From: TPA_inf: Saccharomyces
Taxonomy: Eukaryota
Length of the DNA: 64,000 nucleotides
Assembly: GCA_000146045.2 (NCBI GenBank)
Contig: BK006944.2
Location: 224,001-288,000 of the forward strand
Reading direction: 5' to 3'
The notes under the pieces: generated by a model
Told to the model about the DNA's origin: nothing
Seen by the model: only the letters and a program-made list of their open reading frames with translations
Database searches by the model: none
Translations under genes and position numbers: made by a program
Part shown: piece by piece, positions 23,683-35,252 of the stretch
How positions within the stretch are numbered: the first letter of the stretch is position 1
Layout of the letters: each line of letters begins with the position of its first letter

Positions 23683-24919
23683 TCTTTTTTTCTTAATTTT
23701 GTTGGTTGTGCAGGTTTCTACAATTGCACTAAGATTACTGATCAGGCTCTATACAGTGTATGTCTTGTTCTGTGAAGTCAACTGCTTATAAATGAATTTT
23801 TATTATCTAATGGAACGATTAAGGGGTGTGTCAACTATTTCACTTAACCCTATTCTTTCTTACTGTCGTTTGCTTGCATAGCCTATCTTACAGTAATAGA
23901 GGTGCAAAACAGCATCACCCCTAGTTGTTTTTCCCGAAAAACCTATCCCAGATTATTTTTTTTTTGAATTAGACAAGAAATCATCCGAAGACCTATTATG
24001 CTTCTGATTAAACCTTGAGAAAAACGGAAGTTTGCAACCTATACCCTAAAGTAGAAGCTGACTAATTCATATTCCTCACGAAATGGTGCGACCTCTCTTT
24101 ATCCATGAGAAAAGGAAGGAGTGGGTTCTTGTTTGATGCTTCTTTATCTGATACCAACAAGCGCAAGAGATAAGGGATTACAATGTTATCATGCCTCAGA
24201 AAGTAATAGGATGACATTTTCTTGCAAACGTTGACATTAAAAACATAAAGTACCTTACGGCGTTCGGAGCCTACAAGCCTGCCACAATTTGAGCCGCTGC
24301 ACAAGAGAACACCGAATGAACAACTGGCTGCAGCTGTCGATGAAACCTCAGCGAATAAAGCACACATTTGTGCGTTTTACAATAACAGGGAAGGTGGAAT
24401 GTGTTGCCTTCGTCCTTATTTTTCGCGTTGTGAAATATTTTTACTAATTTTTCTTTTCGCGTGGTCATTTTCGCGTTGGGTTGTTTGGGCTAAATAGTGA
24501 AAACTAATCTCCATCACGTACCGTACCGTCTTGTACCGGCTGGGAGCAGCATTATAGTGGCCACTCTTATTGGCGTTCTTAATATAAGCAAGTTACCTTT
24601 TGCTCGAAACCTGTTTCTTCTTAAAACTCCCTTTGGATCGTAAGTTCGCTAGTTATCCGACTGCAAGGACGTAAATTGGACAGCGAGAGGCCATTAAAAC
24701 AGAGAGTTGAACTCAAATAGATCATCAAATAGGTTGGATATCCATCATACTACTTGCTACTAATCGCGAAAAGAGATAAATAATAAAATTACAAGAAAGA
24801 CAAGGTAAAAAGAACGACATAGATTTGCGGGACAAAAAATACTGATAAATAAATCAACAACCAACTATATTCACTCCTTTATTATTTGTTATTAATATTT
24901 TTTATTTTTACCACACGAC

Positions 24920-27900
24920 ATGACTGGTCACGTTTCAAAAACGAGCCACGTACCCAAAGGTCGCCCGTCTTCATTGGCCAAGAAGGCAGCTAAAAGGGCC
25001 ATGGCCAAAGTAAATTCGAATCCAAAAAGGGCGTCGGGGCATTTGGAGCGTGTTGTACAATCTGTGAACGACGCTACCAAAAGATTATCTCAGCCCGACT
25101 CTACCGTAAGTGTTGCTACAAAATCATCAAAGAGAAAATCCAGAGACACGGTGGGTCCTTGGAAACTTGGCAAAACATTGGGGAAGGGATCTTCTGGTAG
25201 GGTTCGCTTGGCTAAAAATATGGAAACAGGACAATTAGCTGCCATTAAAATTGTCCCCAAGAAGAAAGCCTTTGTTCATTGTTCTAATAATGGAACTGTT
25301 CCTAATTCTTACTCTTCTTCCATGGTCACTTCCAATGTATCTTCTCCATCAATAGCATCTAGAGAACATAGTAACCATTCTCAAACGAACCCATATGGCA
25401 TAGAGAGAGAAATAGTAATCATGAAATTGATATCTCACACAAACGTTATGGCATTGTTTGAAGTTTGGGAGAACAAATCAGAGCTGTACCTAGTTTTGGA
25501 ATATGTTGATGGTGGCGAATTATTCGATTATCTGGTCTCGAAGGGAAAGCTACCTGAAAGGGAGGCTATCCATTACTTCAAGCAGATAGTTGAAGGTGTT
25601 TCCTATTGTCATTCTTTTAATATATGCCATCGTGATCTGAAGCCTGAAAATTTATTATTAGATAAAAAGAATAGGAGAATCAAAATTGCTGATTTCGGCA
25701 TGGCAGCATTAGAGCTTCCTAATAAACTTTTAAAAACTTCATGTGGCTCTCCACACTATGCGTCTCCTGAAATTGTTATGGGTAGACCATATCATGGCGG
25801 TCCTAGCGATGTCTGGTCCTGCGGTATCGTTTTATTTGCATTACTCACCGGTCATTTACCATTTAATGATGACAACATCAAAAAGCTGTTGTTGAAAGTT
25901 CAATCGGGCAAATATCAAATGCCCTCAAATTTATCTTCTGAGGCTCGTGATTTGATATCAAAAATATTGGTAATTGATCCAGAAAAAAGAATTACCACTC
26001 AAGAGATATTGAAGCATCCTCTGATCAAAAAATATGATGATCTCCCAGTTAATAAAGTGCTGAGGAAAATGAGAAAGGATAACATGGCGAGGGGAAAATC
26101 TAACTCGGATTTGCATTTGCTAAATAATGTCTCGCCCTCTATTGTAACTTTACATTCAAAAGGGGAAATTGATGAATCCATCTTGAGGAGTTTGCAAATT
26201 TTGTGGCATGGAGTTTCTCGTGAACTAATCACTGCCAAGTTGCTTCAAAAGCCAATGTCGGAGGAAAAACTATTCTACTCACTGTTATTACAATATAAAC
26301 AACGTCACTCAATATCATTGTCCTCGTCAAGCGAAAACAAGAAATCAGCAACAGAAAGTAGCGTAAATGAACCTAGGATTGAATACGCATCCAAAACTGC
26401 CAATAATACAGGCCTAAGGAGCGAGAACAATGATGTGAAGACTTTACATTCTCTAGAAATTCATTCAGAAGATACTTCAACAGTGAATCAGAACAACGCA
26501 ATTACAGGGGTTAATACAGAAATTAATGCCCCTGTATTGGCACAAAAATCGCAATTTAGTATCAATACGCTCAGTCAACCTGAAAGTGATAAGGCTGAAG
26601 CAGAAGCTGTAACATTACCACCCGCTATTCCCATATTCAATGCTTCTTCATCAAGGATTTTCCGTAACTCATACACCTCTATTTCATCACGTTCGAGAAG
26701 ATCGCTACGCTTATCGAATTCCAGATTATCATTGTCCGCTTCAACTTCTAGAGAAACTGTGCATGATAATGAGATGCCTCTACCTCAACTGCCGAAGTCG
26801 CCTTCAAGATATTCATTGTCAAGAAGGGCAATCCACGCCTCCCCATCTACTAAATCAATACATAAATCACTTTCGAGGAAGAATATAGCTGCAACTGTTG
26901 CCGCTAGAAGAACACTACAAAACTCGGCTTCAAAGAGATCCTTATACTCATTACAGTCAATTTCAAAACGTTCCTTGAACCTGAATGATTTATTAGTCTT
27001 TGACGATCCTCTCCCTAGTAAGAAACCAGCATCCGAAAATGTGAATAAATCAGAACCCCATTCGTTGGAATCAGACTCTGATTTTGAGATCTTATGCGAT
27101 CAGATCTTATTTGGAAACGCCTTAGATAGGATACTCGAAGAGGAAGAGGACAATGAAAAAGAACGCGACACCCAAAGACAGAGGCAAAACGATACAAAAT
27201 CTTCGGCAGACACTTTTACGATCTCTGGGGTGTCTACAAATAAGGAAAATGAGGGCCCGGAGTATCCAACCAAAATTGAGAAAAATCAATTCAATATGTC
27301 ATATAAACCATCTGAGAATATGTCAGGGCTCTCTTCATTTCCTATCTTTGAAAAAGAAAACACGTTAAGCTCAAGTTATTTGGAAGAACAGAAGCCAAAG
27401 AGAGCGGCCCTTTCAGATATCACGAACTCATTCAATAAAATGAATAAACAGGAAGGTATGAGGATAGAAAAAAAGATTCAAAGAGAACAACTTCAAAAAA
27501 AAAATGACCGCCCGTCACCACTCAAACCTATTCAGCACCAAGAACTTCGTGTAAATTCTTTGCCTAATGATCAAGGTAAACCGTCCTTATCTCTAGATCC
27601 CCGCCGTAACATCTCCCAGCCAGTGAATTCAAAAGTGGAATCACTATTGCAGGGACTGAAATTCAAAAAGGAGCCAGCCTCTCACTGGACCCATGAGAGA
27701 GGTTCCTTGTTCATGAGTGAACATGTGGAAGACGAAAAACCAGTCAAAGCCTCAGATGTTTCAATCGAAAGTTCATATGTACCTTTAACAACAGTAGCAA
27801 CATCTTCGAGAGATCCCAGTGTTTTAGCAGAATCTAGTACAATTCAAAAACCAATGCTGTCTTTACCTTCTAGTTTTTTGAACACATCTATGACGTTCAA

Positions 27901-29476
27901 AAATCTTAGCCAGATACTCGCTGATGACGGTGATGATAAGCATCTAAGTGTGCCACAGAACCAATCTAGAAGTGTAGCCATGTCACACCCTTTGCGAAAA
28001 CAATCTGCCAAAATATCTCTAACTCCACGGTCTAATTTGAACGCCAATTTATCCGTTAAACGTAATCAGGGCTCACCTGGCTCCTATTTGAGTAATGATC
28101 TGGATGGAATCTCTGATATGACATTTGCGATGGAAATACCAACAAACACCTTTACCGCTCAGGCGATTCAACTGATGAACAACGACACGGACAATAATAA
28201 AATCAATACTTCGCCCAAAGCATCTTCTTTTACAAAAGAAAAAGTAATCAAATCGGCAGCCTATATCTCGAAGGAAAAAGAACCAGATAATAGCGATACT
28301 AATTATATTCCAGATTATACTATACCAAACACATATGATGAAAAAGCCATTAATATTTTTGAAGATGCGCCCTCCGATGAGGGTTCATTAAATACATCTT
28401 CTTCAGAAAGCGATTCACGAGCAAGTGTGCATAGGAAAGCGGTATCTATTGACACTATGGCGACAACAAACGTTCTTACTCCCGCGACAAATGTTAGAGT
28501 AAGTCTTTATTGGAATAATAACAGTTCTGGTATACCCAGAGAGACTACTGAAGAGATACTTTCTAAACTTAGATTGTCACCAGAAAATCCTTCTAATACA
28601 CATATGCAAAAGAGGTTTTCTTCCACGCGTGGTAGTCGTGATAGTAATGCATTAGGCATTTCTCAAAGTTTACAGTCAATGTTCAAAGATTTGGAGGAAG
28701 ATCAAGATGGGCATACTTCTCAAGCTGATATTCTTGAATCAAGTATGAGCTATTCAAAGCGAAGACCATCTGAGGAAAGCGTTAATCCAAAACAACGAGT
28801 GACAATGCTTTTCGATGAGGAGGAGGAAGAATCTAAAAAAGTAGGTGGGGGAAAAATTAAAGAAGAGCATACCAAGCTAGACAATAAAATATCCGAGGAA
28901 TCTTCTCAACTTGTGTTGCCGGTGGTTGAAAAAAAGGAAAATGCAAATAATACAGAAAATAACTACTCTAAAATACCAAAACCCTCAACGATTAAAGTTA
29001 CGAAGGATACCGCTATGGAATCAAATACACAAACCCATACAAAAAAGCCAATTCTAAAAAGTGTCCAAAATGTTGAAGTTGAAGAAGCGCCTTCCAGTGA
29101 TAAAAAGAATTGGTTCGTCAAACTATTTCAAAACTTTTCTTCTCATAATAATGCTACTAAGGCATCCAAGAATCATGTAACGAATATATCATTTGATGAT
29201 GCGCATATGCTAACATTAAATGAATTCAACAAGAATAGTATCGACTATCAATTAAAGAACCTAGATCACAAATTTGGGAGAAAGGTGGTGGAATACGATT
29301 GTAAATTTGTAAAAGGCAACTTCAAATTCAAAATCAAGATTACTAGCACACCCAATGCATCTACGGTAATTACTGTAAAAAAAAGAAGCAAACATTCAAA
29401 CACAAGTTCCAATAAAGCCTTTGAAAAGTTTAATGATGATGTGGAGAGAGTAATTCGAAATGCCGGACGTTCATAA
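24920..29476 (+). CDS. HSL1: Nim1-related septin-associated protein kinase (morphogenesis checkpoint)
   Basis: 1518 aa; Ser/Thr kinase domain (GKGSSGRVRLAKN...HRDLKPENLLLD...DFGMA) ~25160-26030, long S-rich tail. Confidence 0.95.
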   Translation: MTGHVSKTSHVPKGRPSSLAKKAAKRAMAKVNSNPKRASGHLERVVQSVNDATKRLSQPDSTVSVATKSSKRKSRDTVGPWKLGKTLGKGSSGRVRLAKNMETGQLAAIKIVPKKKAFVHCSNNGTVPNSYSSSMVTSNVSSPSIASREHSNHSQTNPYGIEREIVIMKLISHTNVMALFEVWENKSELYLVLEYVDGGELFDYLVSKGKLPEREAIHYFKQIVEGVSYCHSFNICHRDLKPENLLLDKKNRRIKIADFGMAALELPNKLLKTSCGSPHYASPEIVMGRPYHGGPSDVWSCGIVLFALLTGHLPFNDDNIKKLLLKVQSGKYQMPSNLSSEARDLISKILVIDPEKRITTQEILKHPLIKKYDDLPVNKVLRKMRKDNMARGKSNSDLHLLNNVSPSIVTLHSKGEIDESILRSLQILWHGVSRELITAKLLQKPMSEEKLFYSLLLQYKQRHSISLSSSSENKKSATESSVNEPRIEYASKTANNTGLRSENNDVKTLHSLEIHSEDTSTVNQNNAITGVNTEINAPVLAQKSQFSINTLSQPESDKAEAEAVTLPPAIPIFNASSSRIFRNSYTSISSRSRRSLRLSNSRLSLSASTSRETVHDNEMPLPQLPKSPSRYSLSRRAIHASPSTKSIHKSLSRKNIAATVAARRTLQNSASKRSLYSLQSISKRSLNLNDLLVFDDPLPSKKPASENVNKSEPHSLESDSDFEILCDQILFGNALDRILEEEEDNEKERDTQRQRQNDTKSSADTFTISGVSTNKENEGPEYPTKIEKNQFNMSYKPSENMSGLSSFPIFEKENTLSSSYLEEQKPKRAALSDITNSFNKMNKQEGMRIEKKIQREQLQKKNDRPSPLKPIQHQELRVNSLPNDQGKPSLSLDPRRNISQPVNSKVESLLQGLKFKKEPASHWTHERGSLFMSEHVEDEKPVKASDVSIESSYVPLTTVATSSRDPSVLAESSTIQKPMLSLPSSFLNTSMTFKNLSQILADDGDDKHLSVPQNQSRSVAMSHPLRKQSAKISLTPRSNLNANLSVKRNQGSPGSYLSNDLDGISDMTFAMEIPTNTFTAQAIQLMNNDTDNNKINTSPKASSFTKEKVIKSAAYISKEKEPDNSDTNYIPDYTIPNTYDEKAINIFEDAPSDEGSLNTSSSESDSRASVHRKAVSIDTMATTNVLTPATNVRVSLYWNNNSSGIPRETTEEILSKLRLSPENPSNTHMQKRFSSTRGSRDSNALGISQSLQSMFKDLEEDQDGHTSQADILESSMSYSKRRPSEESVNPKQRVTMLFDEEEEESKKVGGGKIKEEHTKLDNKISEESSQLVLPVVEKKENANNTENNYSKIPKPSTIKVTKDTAMESNTQTHTKKPILKSVQNVEVEEAPSSDKKNWFVKLFQNFSSHNNATKASKNHVTNISFDDAHMLTLNEFNKNSIDYQLKNLDHKFGRKVVEYDCKFVKGNFKFKIKITSTPNASTVITVKKRSKHSNTSSNKAFEKFNDDVERVIRNAGRS

Positions 29477-29696
29477 ATTCTATATAGATGTTATATAATT
29501 ATACAACAATAATTTGAAAAATTTAACGTACGAGAACCGAATGGACAGGCGTGAGAAAACATAGTTTAAAAGAACATTAATAAATGGAGAGACATGAGAC
29601 ACGAAGGAAAGAAAGAGGGTTTTACAAACATTGTCCTAGATTAGAAGATAAATACAACCCTGGAGGGGTAAAAAGAGCTGTCGTTTCTTTTGGAGC

Positions 29697-31460
29697 TCAA
29701 GAAGATTCGTCATCCAAGAGATCTTCTTCAGAAAGCTCTTCCTCAGAGCTGTCACTGAGATCTTCCTCTTGCACGAATTCTTCATCATCGTCAAAATTTT
29801 CGTTTACATCATCACCAAGCAAGGCATACTTGTCGGCATCATTATAGTATTCTGATAGGATGAAGGTCGAATAAGTTATAGAGTTCTCCTTTTTTTCTAT
29901 CGCTTTTTTTAAACTTTTATCCACTTCAATCGTATCATACTGAAAATTCCAAAACTGCTTAAAATCCTTGTTCCAGCAAGCTACCAAAATAGTACTAATC
30001 AACAAGGAAGGAACAATGTATAATAAAGCCGGTTGAGCAGTATTGAAAATGGACAAGGAGACCATGGCAGATACCAAAGAAGCAACGTAACTAACCATAG
30101 CAGTAATAAAATATTTTCCAACGTATGACCAGTTCAAAAAGTGGAATTCAGTGTCATCATGATCAAGGTGCCACTTCCAGATGTCATATTTGTAGCACAT
30201 CGCAATAAACATACCAGGCAAGGCAATATCACCCAGACCAAGTATTGAAAAATTGAAGTTGTTTTGAGCTGTATTAAACTTGACTGGTAAGCTTAGTTTT
30301 ACGGGAATATCAAGGTTAGTAGCTACTGTAACCATTACATCGGTACCAAAGACAAAGCAAATGTCGTAAAAAAATAGAGCAATTAGGATTAGGGCCCCTG
30401 ATTTTAAATTCTTCAATTTTAATTGAGCAATGGACCAAATAGCCATATTCATACTGACAGCATTGGATATTAACCAATCATTGGGTGATAAATAGAAATA
30501 TACGGTAGAAACGATGGACAGAACGAACGAAACAATTAATGCGCTATTCAAATACATGTTGCTGATCTGCCTCTTCGATTTAATATCCTTCGGTTCAACT
30601 AATTCTCTTCTGTAAAAATGCTTCATCCAATGATCTTTTTCAATCTCATCCAATGTTTTCTTGTGAACAACTGAGTTGGTCAATCCATCTTTGTAATTCA
30701 AATTGGTAACAAACCCGCCTATCTTGTTCAGGTCTTCGTTATCATCAGCTATTGTTACACGATACCTTGGTAAAACAACCAGGGGATTCCAAGAAGCTAA
30801 ATGTGATAGGTTTCTGAAAAGTGAGTTGAGAAAGTAGGAGTAGACAAATGTGCCAGCTGGGATATTTAGCAGTGTTATATTAAAATTCAAAATTTTCACC
30901 ACATATTTTAGCCAGTTTAGGTGTAGTTTCTTGATCACAAAATAGAGAGCGAGTAAAGTACAGCCACTAGTTAAGGGCAGTATAATCGCATGTTTTTCAT
31001 CCATCATATCGAAAAACCTCTTGCTTTTCTTCTTTTTCTTTTTATCTTCGTCATTCTCGCGGTAGATAACATGACAGTCGTGGTCCACATCAAAATCTGT
31101 AGGATCAAACAATGAGTGTTCTCTCGTAGGAGGTAGAGCTGTAAATGGAATAGAAGAAATAGACGTAAATGAGCCAATAACGACCAAAGCACTTGCGATG
31201 AGAACTAAAGTGGCGTAGTTGAATACTAAAGAATGGCTTTCCACCAAGTGTGTAATCTTGTGAGCAACGCGATATGATATCTTATCAAAGGCAGTGGTTA
31301 ATTTGTTATTGTGGTTTTCAACTATAGCATTGATCTGTTCAAAAACTTGTTCTAATTCCTTGTTCGACGCACTTTGGTTAGCGCTTGATGAATTGTTCCT
31401 AAAGGCACGAGATGACCACTCTGAAAGGTGGTCAACAAATGAATTCAAATACTTGTCCAT
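29697..31460 (-). CDS. YPF1: Signal-peptide-peptidase-type intramembrane aspartyl protease
   Basis: 587 aa multi-TM protein with presenilin-type YD (FFYDICFVFG), GLGD (LGLGDIALPG) and PAL (QPALLYIVP) motifs; acidic C-terminus. Confidence 0.9.
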   Translation of the reverse strand: MDKYLNSFVDHLSEWSSRAFRNNSSSANQSASNKELEQVFEQINAIVENHNNKLTTAFDKISYRVAHKITHLVESHSLVFNYATLVLIASALVVIGSFTSISSIPFTALPPTREHSLFDPTDFDVDHDCHVIYRENDEDKKKKKKSKRFFDMMDEKHAIILPLTSGCTLLALYFVIKKLHLNWLKYVVKILNFNITLLNIPAGTFVYSYFLNSLFRNLSHLASWNPLVVLPRYRVTIADDNEDLNKIGGFVTNLNYKDGLTNSVVHKKTLDEIEKDHWMKHFYRRELVEPKDIKSKRQISNMYLNSALIVSFVLSIVSTVYFYLSPNDWLISNAVSMNMAIWSIAQLKLKNLKSGALILIALFFYDICFVFGTDVMVTVATNLDIPVKLSLPVKFNTAQNNFNFSILGLGDIALPGMFIAMCYKYDIWKWHLDHDDTEFHFLNWSYVGKYFITAMVSYVASLVSAMVSLSIFNTAQPALLYIVPSLLISTILVACWNKDFKQFWNFQYDTIEVDKSLKKAIEKKENSITYSTFILSEYYNDADKYALLGDDVNENFDDDEEFVQEEDLSDSSEEELSEEDLLDDESS

Positions 31461-31719
31461 CGTGTATGAGTTTGTTCCCCATTATAGATCTGTAGTATTG
31501 CTCAAAAAGGGAGCACTTTACAAATCTTGTCCTAAATACTCCCATTCGGAGAGGGGTTCTTTTTTTTCCGGTGCCTCAAAATCCTTTTTTTTTTGATGGC
31601 GCAAAAGACACTTAAGAAAAGTGAATACTTTTTATAAACGTAATCCTATAAAACATGAAAAGAAGGATTACGGAACGTCTGCCTGATTCACTTATATATA
31701 CTATATAGATGGTAAAAAT

Positions 31720-32472
31720 CTAACGTTTCCGTTGTTTCTTCCATTTAAATGAAATTTTTCCTGAAGAGTCTACGATTTTTTTCTTGGAACCCTTCTTCAA
31801 CAATTCTCTTTGAGCATCCATTCTTTGTTGGACCTGTTTCAATTGAGTTTCCCTCTGTAAGTGCTGCTTGACTTGCTTGAACTTTTTCAATTTCTTTTTG
31901 TCTAATGATTCCTTTGGCATTATTGATGAAGCGTTCCTATTGTTTGAAATATCTTGGGCTAATTGGTCCTTAGTTAATCTATTTTCAGATCTATTCACCA
32001 TCTCGGAGGTGGTATTGAAAAACTTCTCTGGGGTGAATTCGTTCATCTTCTCTCGGGAATCGACGAATATTGTATGATTCCCACTGCTTTTGAACATCAA
32101 CTGTTTCGCTCCTTTCTCCAGCTTTTTCAGCTCTATTTGCCTCAGCGTCCTCACATAATTACTATCTTGCGTTTTGAGTAATTTAACTTGATCCATGGAA
32201 AGCGATTCGTCTTCTTCGTCACCGTGACGTGAGCTGATCAGCAGTCCTTTTGCATCTGTCTTCCTTGAATGCATAGCATGGTAGTATTCATCTGGATTTC
32301 TCTCTTTTGCTTTTTCTCTGAGGACTTTCAAAGTGGACTGCTTCCTGTGGAAGTCTTGAGCACGTTTCACATAGTCTTTATGCTTTTCTAAAAACCCATA
32401 TCTGGAACGGCTAGTTAGCTGAGAACGTTCTCTATGCTGCTTTTTCTGAACATCATGTACAAGTTTAGCCAT
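31720..32472 (-). CDS. UTP11: U3 snoRNP / SSU processome protein Utp11
   Basis: 250 aa MAKLVHDVQKKQHRERSQLTSRSRYGFLEKHKDYVKRAQDFHRK... Confidence 0.93.
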   Translation of the reverse strand: MAKLVHDVQKKQHRERSQLTSRSRYGFLEKHKDYVKRAQDFHRKQSTLKVLREKAKERNPDEYYHAMHSRKTDAKGLLISSRHGDEEDESLSMDQVKLLKTQDSNYVRTLRQIELKKLEKGAKQLMFKSSGNHTIFVDSREKMNEFTPEKFFNTTSEMVNRSENRLTKDQLAQDISNNRNASSIMPKESLDKKKLKKFKQVKQHLQRETQLKQVQQRMDAQRELLKKGSKKKIVDSSGKISFKWKKQRKR

Positions 32473-32593
32473 ATCTTTTGTCTGTTGTTGGCTGTAACGA
32501 ACTAGAAAACCCCACTAGTATTATTCGATGATATGCAACTTGCTCTTATTGTAGTTTCTTAGCATTGTTTTCTTTACTCTTTTTCTTCAAATC

Positions 32594-32602
32594 GCGATGA
32601 GC
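32594..32602. promoter_or_regulatory. PAC motif (GCGATGAGC) in UTP11/MTC2 divergent promoter; RRPE-like AAAAAAATTTC at 32614-32626
   Basis: exact PAC consensus ~125 bp upstream of UTP11 ATG with adjacent A5-7T3 RRPE-like element; UTP11 is a ribosome-biogenesis regulon gene. Confidence 0.55.
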
Positions 32603-32769
32603 TCATCTAGCCATAAAAAAATTTCATCTTTTACGTGCATAACGACAAACCTTTAAGCCTTAGAGGACTTGGTGATGTGCTCCTTTATAACAACGATTAC
32701 TTCCATTGAACAGCAACACCTGCAAAATCGGAGCTGCAAAATTATTGATTGGATGTGGCAAAAATAGGA

Positions 32770-33843
32770 ATGGGCGATCATAATCTGCCGGATTTTCAGA
32801 CATGTTTGAAGTTTTCTGTTACAGCTAAAAAGAGCTTTCTATGTATGTATAGAGACAGCGTCTCAAAGGAAAAATTAGCCTCTTCGATGCCAAGTACTTG
32901 TGATATACAACTGAAGAGGGCAATCAATGACGCTTATCCGGGCGGAGGAATAAAGGTCACGGTTCTGAACTCAACAACTGCAAGCTTGGACTCGTTAGCA
33001 ACTACACATGTTAAGGAATTTGAGATTGTTATCATTCCAGACATAAATTCTCTTTTACAGCCAGACCAAGCGAAATTAGTAAAAATTATGAGAGATTGCA
33101 CAGTGGCGATTGAGAAGGCACAGTCAACACGTATATTTATAGGAGTGGTTCATTGGAATAATCCCGTGCAGCCTTCAGGCGCCGCTAAGGATGGGGATGA
33201 AGCAGGTAAACCAGCTCCCAAAACTCGCATCTTCCTGCCCACGTCTTTCCGTATGGGCGCTTGGCTCAAACACAAATTCTGGTTTGCATGTGCACCCCCA
33301 TATTTGGATTTTGAAAGTTCAACTGAGTCTAGCATTAATACAAGAGCCAATAATAGCATTGGTATGGCTGAGGAAGAGAAGCAGGAGCCAGAGAGCAAGA
33401 GGTCGATCATATTAAATGAAGAGGCAAATCTGAACGATGTATTTGTGGGGTCCACTGTAAGACGGTATATTCTCGATATCATGGTCCATTTGCGAACGCA
33501 TAGATTGACGTATAACGCCAAAGCCGGCGGGGTATATACAAATTCATTGGACGACGTGGTGTTATTGTCTAGATTAATTGGTCTACATAGCGGCAAGATG
33601 TTTGTGTCACCTTCACATGTCAAAGAGGCGTCCAGGTGGTACTTCCCCATGCACTTGGAATTGGTTCAGCGTTCCTCCATGGATAGTTCCTTATTGTACG
33701 GTAGCGACCCCAACTTGGTGGACGAAATGCTAGAGAAACTTGCGAAGATTAAGTGTGAGGAGGTTAATGAGTTTGAGAATCCCCTTTTCCTGGAATCTCT
33801 CGTAGTGAAAAACGTACTAAGTAAAGTCGTGCCGCCCGTGTAA
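32770..33843 (+). CDS. MTC2: Protein of unknown function Mtc2
   Basis: MGDHNLPDFQTCLKFSVTAKKSFLCMYRDS...; track ORF begins at TTG 32749; first ATG 32770 gives 357 aa. Confidence 0.8.
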   Translation: MGDHNLPDFQTCLKFSVTAKKSFLCMYRDSVSKEKLASSMPSTCDIQLKRAINDAYPGGGIKVTVLNSTTASLDSLATTHVKEFEIVIIPDINSLLQPDQAKLVKIMRDCTVAIEKAQSTRIFIGVVHWNNPVQPSGAAKDGDEAGKPAPKTRIFLPTSFRMGAWLKHKFWFACAPPYLDFESSTESSINTRANNSIGMAEEEKQEPESKRSIILNEEANLNDVFVGSTVRRYILDIMVHLRTHRLTYNAKAGGVYTNSLDDVVLLSRLIGLHSGKMFVSPSHVKEASRWYFPMHLELVQRSSMDSSLLYGSDPNLVDEMLEKLAKIKCEEVNEFENPLFLESLVVKNVLSKVVPPV

Positions 33844-35252
33844 GTTTATTATGTATTTCGAGCATGCATCTGGAACCTATGTTTACATACGTACAAACGG
33901 TATTTAAAAGTTTCTATTCTTAGCGTCAATTGCCCTTTATCGTTTTGTTAACCAATTGTTGTTTTTATTCATTATGCCATGACCCGAAAAATGAGCAAAA
34001 TCGGTCAAAGTAAATAGCTAAATATTTGGTCTAAAAAGTAAGAGAGAAATGAAAATGGCAAGGCTTAACTACTTTGCAATAGTGTATATAGACATTACCA
34101 ATTGAGTCCAGCAACGAAAGATTCCGCTTGCACTTGGTCAATCATTTACTGACCATAATACGAAGTAATAGAGATGCTACTAAAAGATGACCATGCGATT
34201 ACAATTTACAATAGACAATTAAGCGCAAGGACAATCAGTATGCATTCCATTTCTAATAGACAAGGTGCTATGAGTGAATTGCTAGCCTCCCCTTTTTATT
34301 TTGTGCGGTCACCGCAAGGGACAAAGCTTTTCTTAGAAAACCGTCTGAGAAGCATAACGTACGCCATCCCCTAGACATATTAATAATGCTACAGATACTA
34401 TGCTGCTCGTCTTTTTTTGACGACCCTTTTATTGCAATGTGCAACTAATGGCAAACAACCACATAGTATCACAGTATTACATTGCCTCCACCGATGCGGA
34501 TGTTAGGGCGCCAAGTCTGTCATGAAGCATGTTCCTGTCATAATCTTGTATGCAAAATACCGCGTTCTGCGCCACTGATATGCTAGGCAGCAGCAACCTA
34601 TGCAGAAGATTGCTTTTCCCACGCCTGTTTTACGTCTCCAGGGCACTTGAAACAATGCAGCGATCGCCGCCACAACACGCCAAAGAGAAGCGAAAGTGGG
34701 CCTGGGCGGCCTCAGTTTCGGCAGAGGTAAACAACACGAACTGAACTGCCTTAGCTCCGAAGGGCAATTCCACAGGCACTCCGCGGGGCCCGGCCAAGGC
34801 CCAAAAGGCGTGGAATATGCGCGTTTTGGGGCCATAACACCCAGTACCACGGCCGGAACGGGCCATATAATAAGTTTTTCACTCTCAAGAATGGTAAACG
34901 TAAATAGGAACATCCCACTACCCTAGAAATTGCGGAAATTTCGCGCTTATCATTAGAAAATCTGGAACCGTCCTTTTTCCTCTTTCTTGCATTTCCCTTT
35001 CCGTATTATTGCCATTCTTTAACTGCATTTGGGGAACCGTAGACCAAAAGCCAAACAGAGAAATGTAACGTTCTAAAAAAAAAACAACGAAAAAATTGAA
35101 AAATAAGATACAATAATCGTATATAAATCAGGCTTCTTGTTCATCATTTTCAATTCTCTTCTTGCCATCCCTTTTCCTATCTTTGTTCTTTTCTTCTCAT
35201 AATCAAGAATAAATAACTTCATCACATTCGCTACACACTAACAAGAAAAAAA

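Noticed and set aside
24062-24367. 101-aa minus-strand ORF in the APE1-HSL1 intergenic region (YKL102C-like)
   Set aside because: No recognisable domain and no convincing codon bias, and it sits in the HSL1 promoter region. Probably non-coding.
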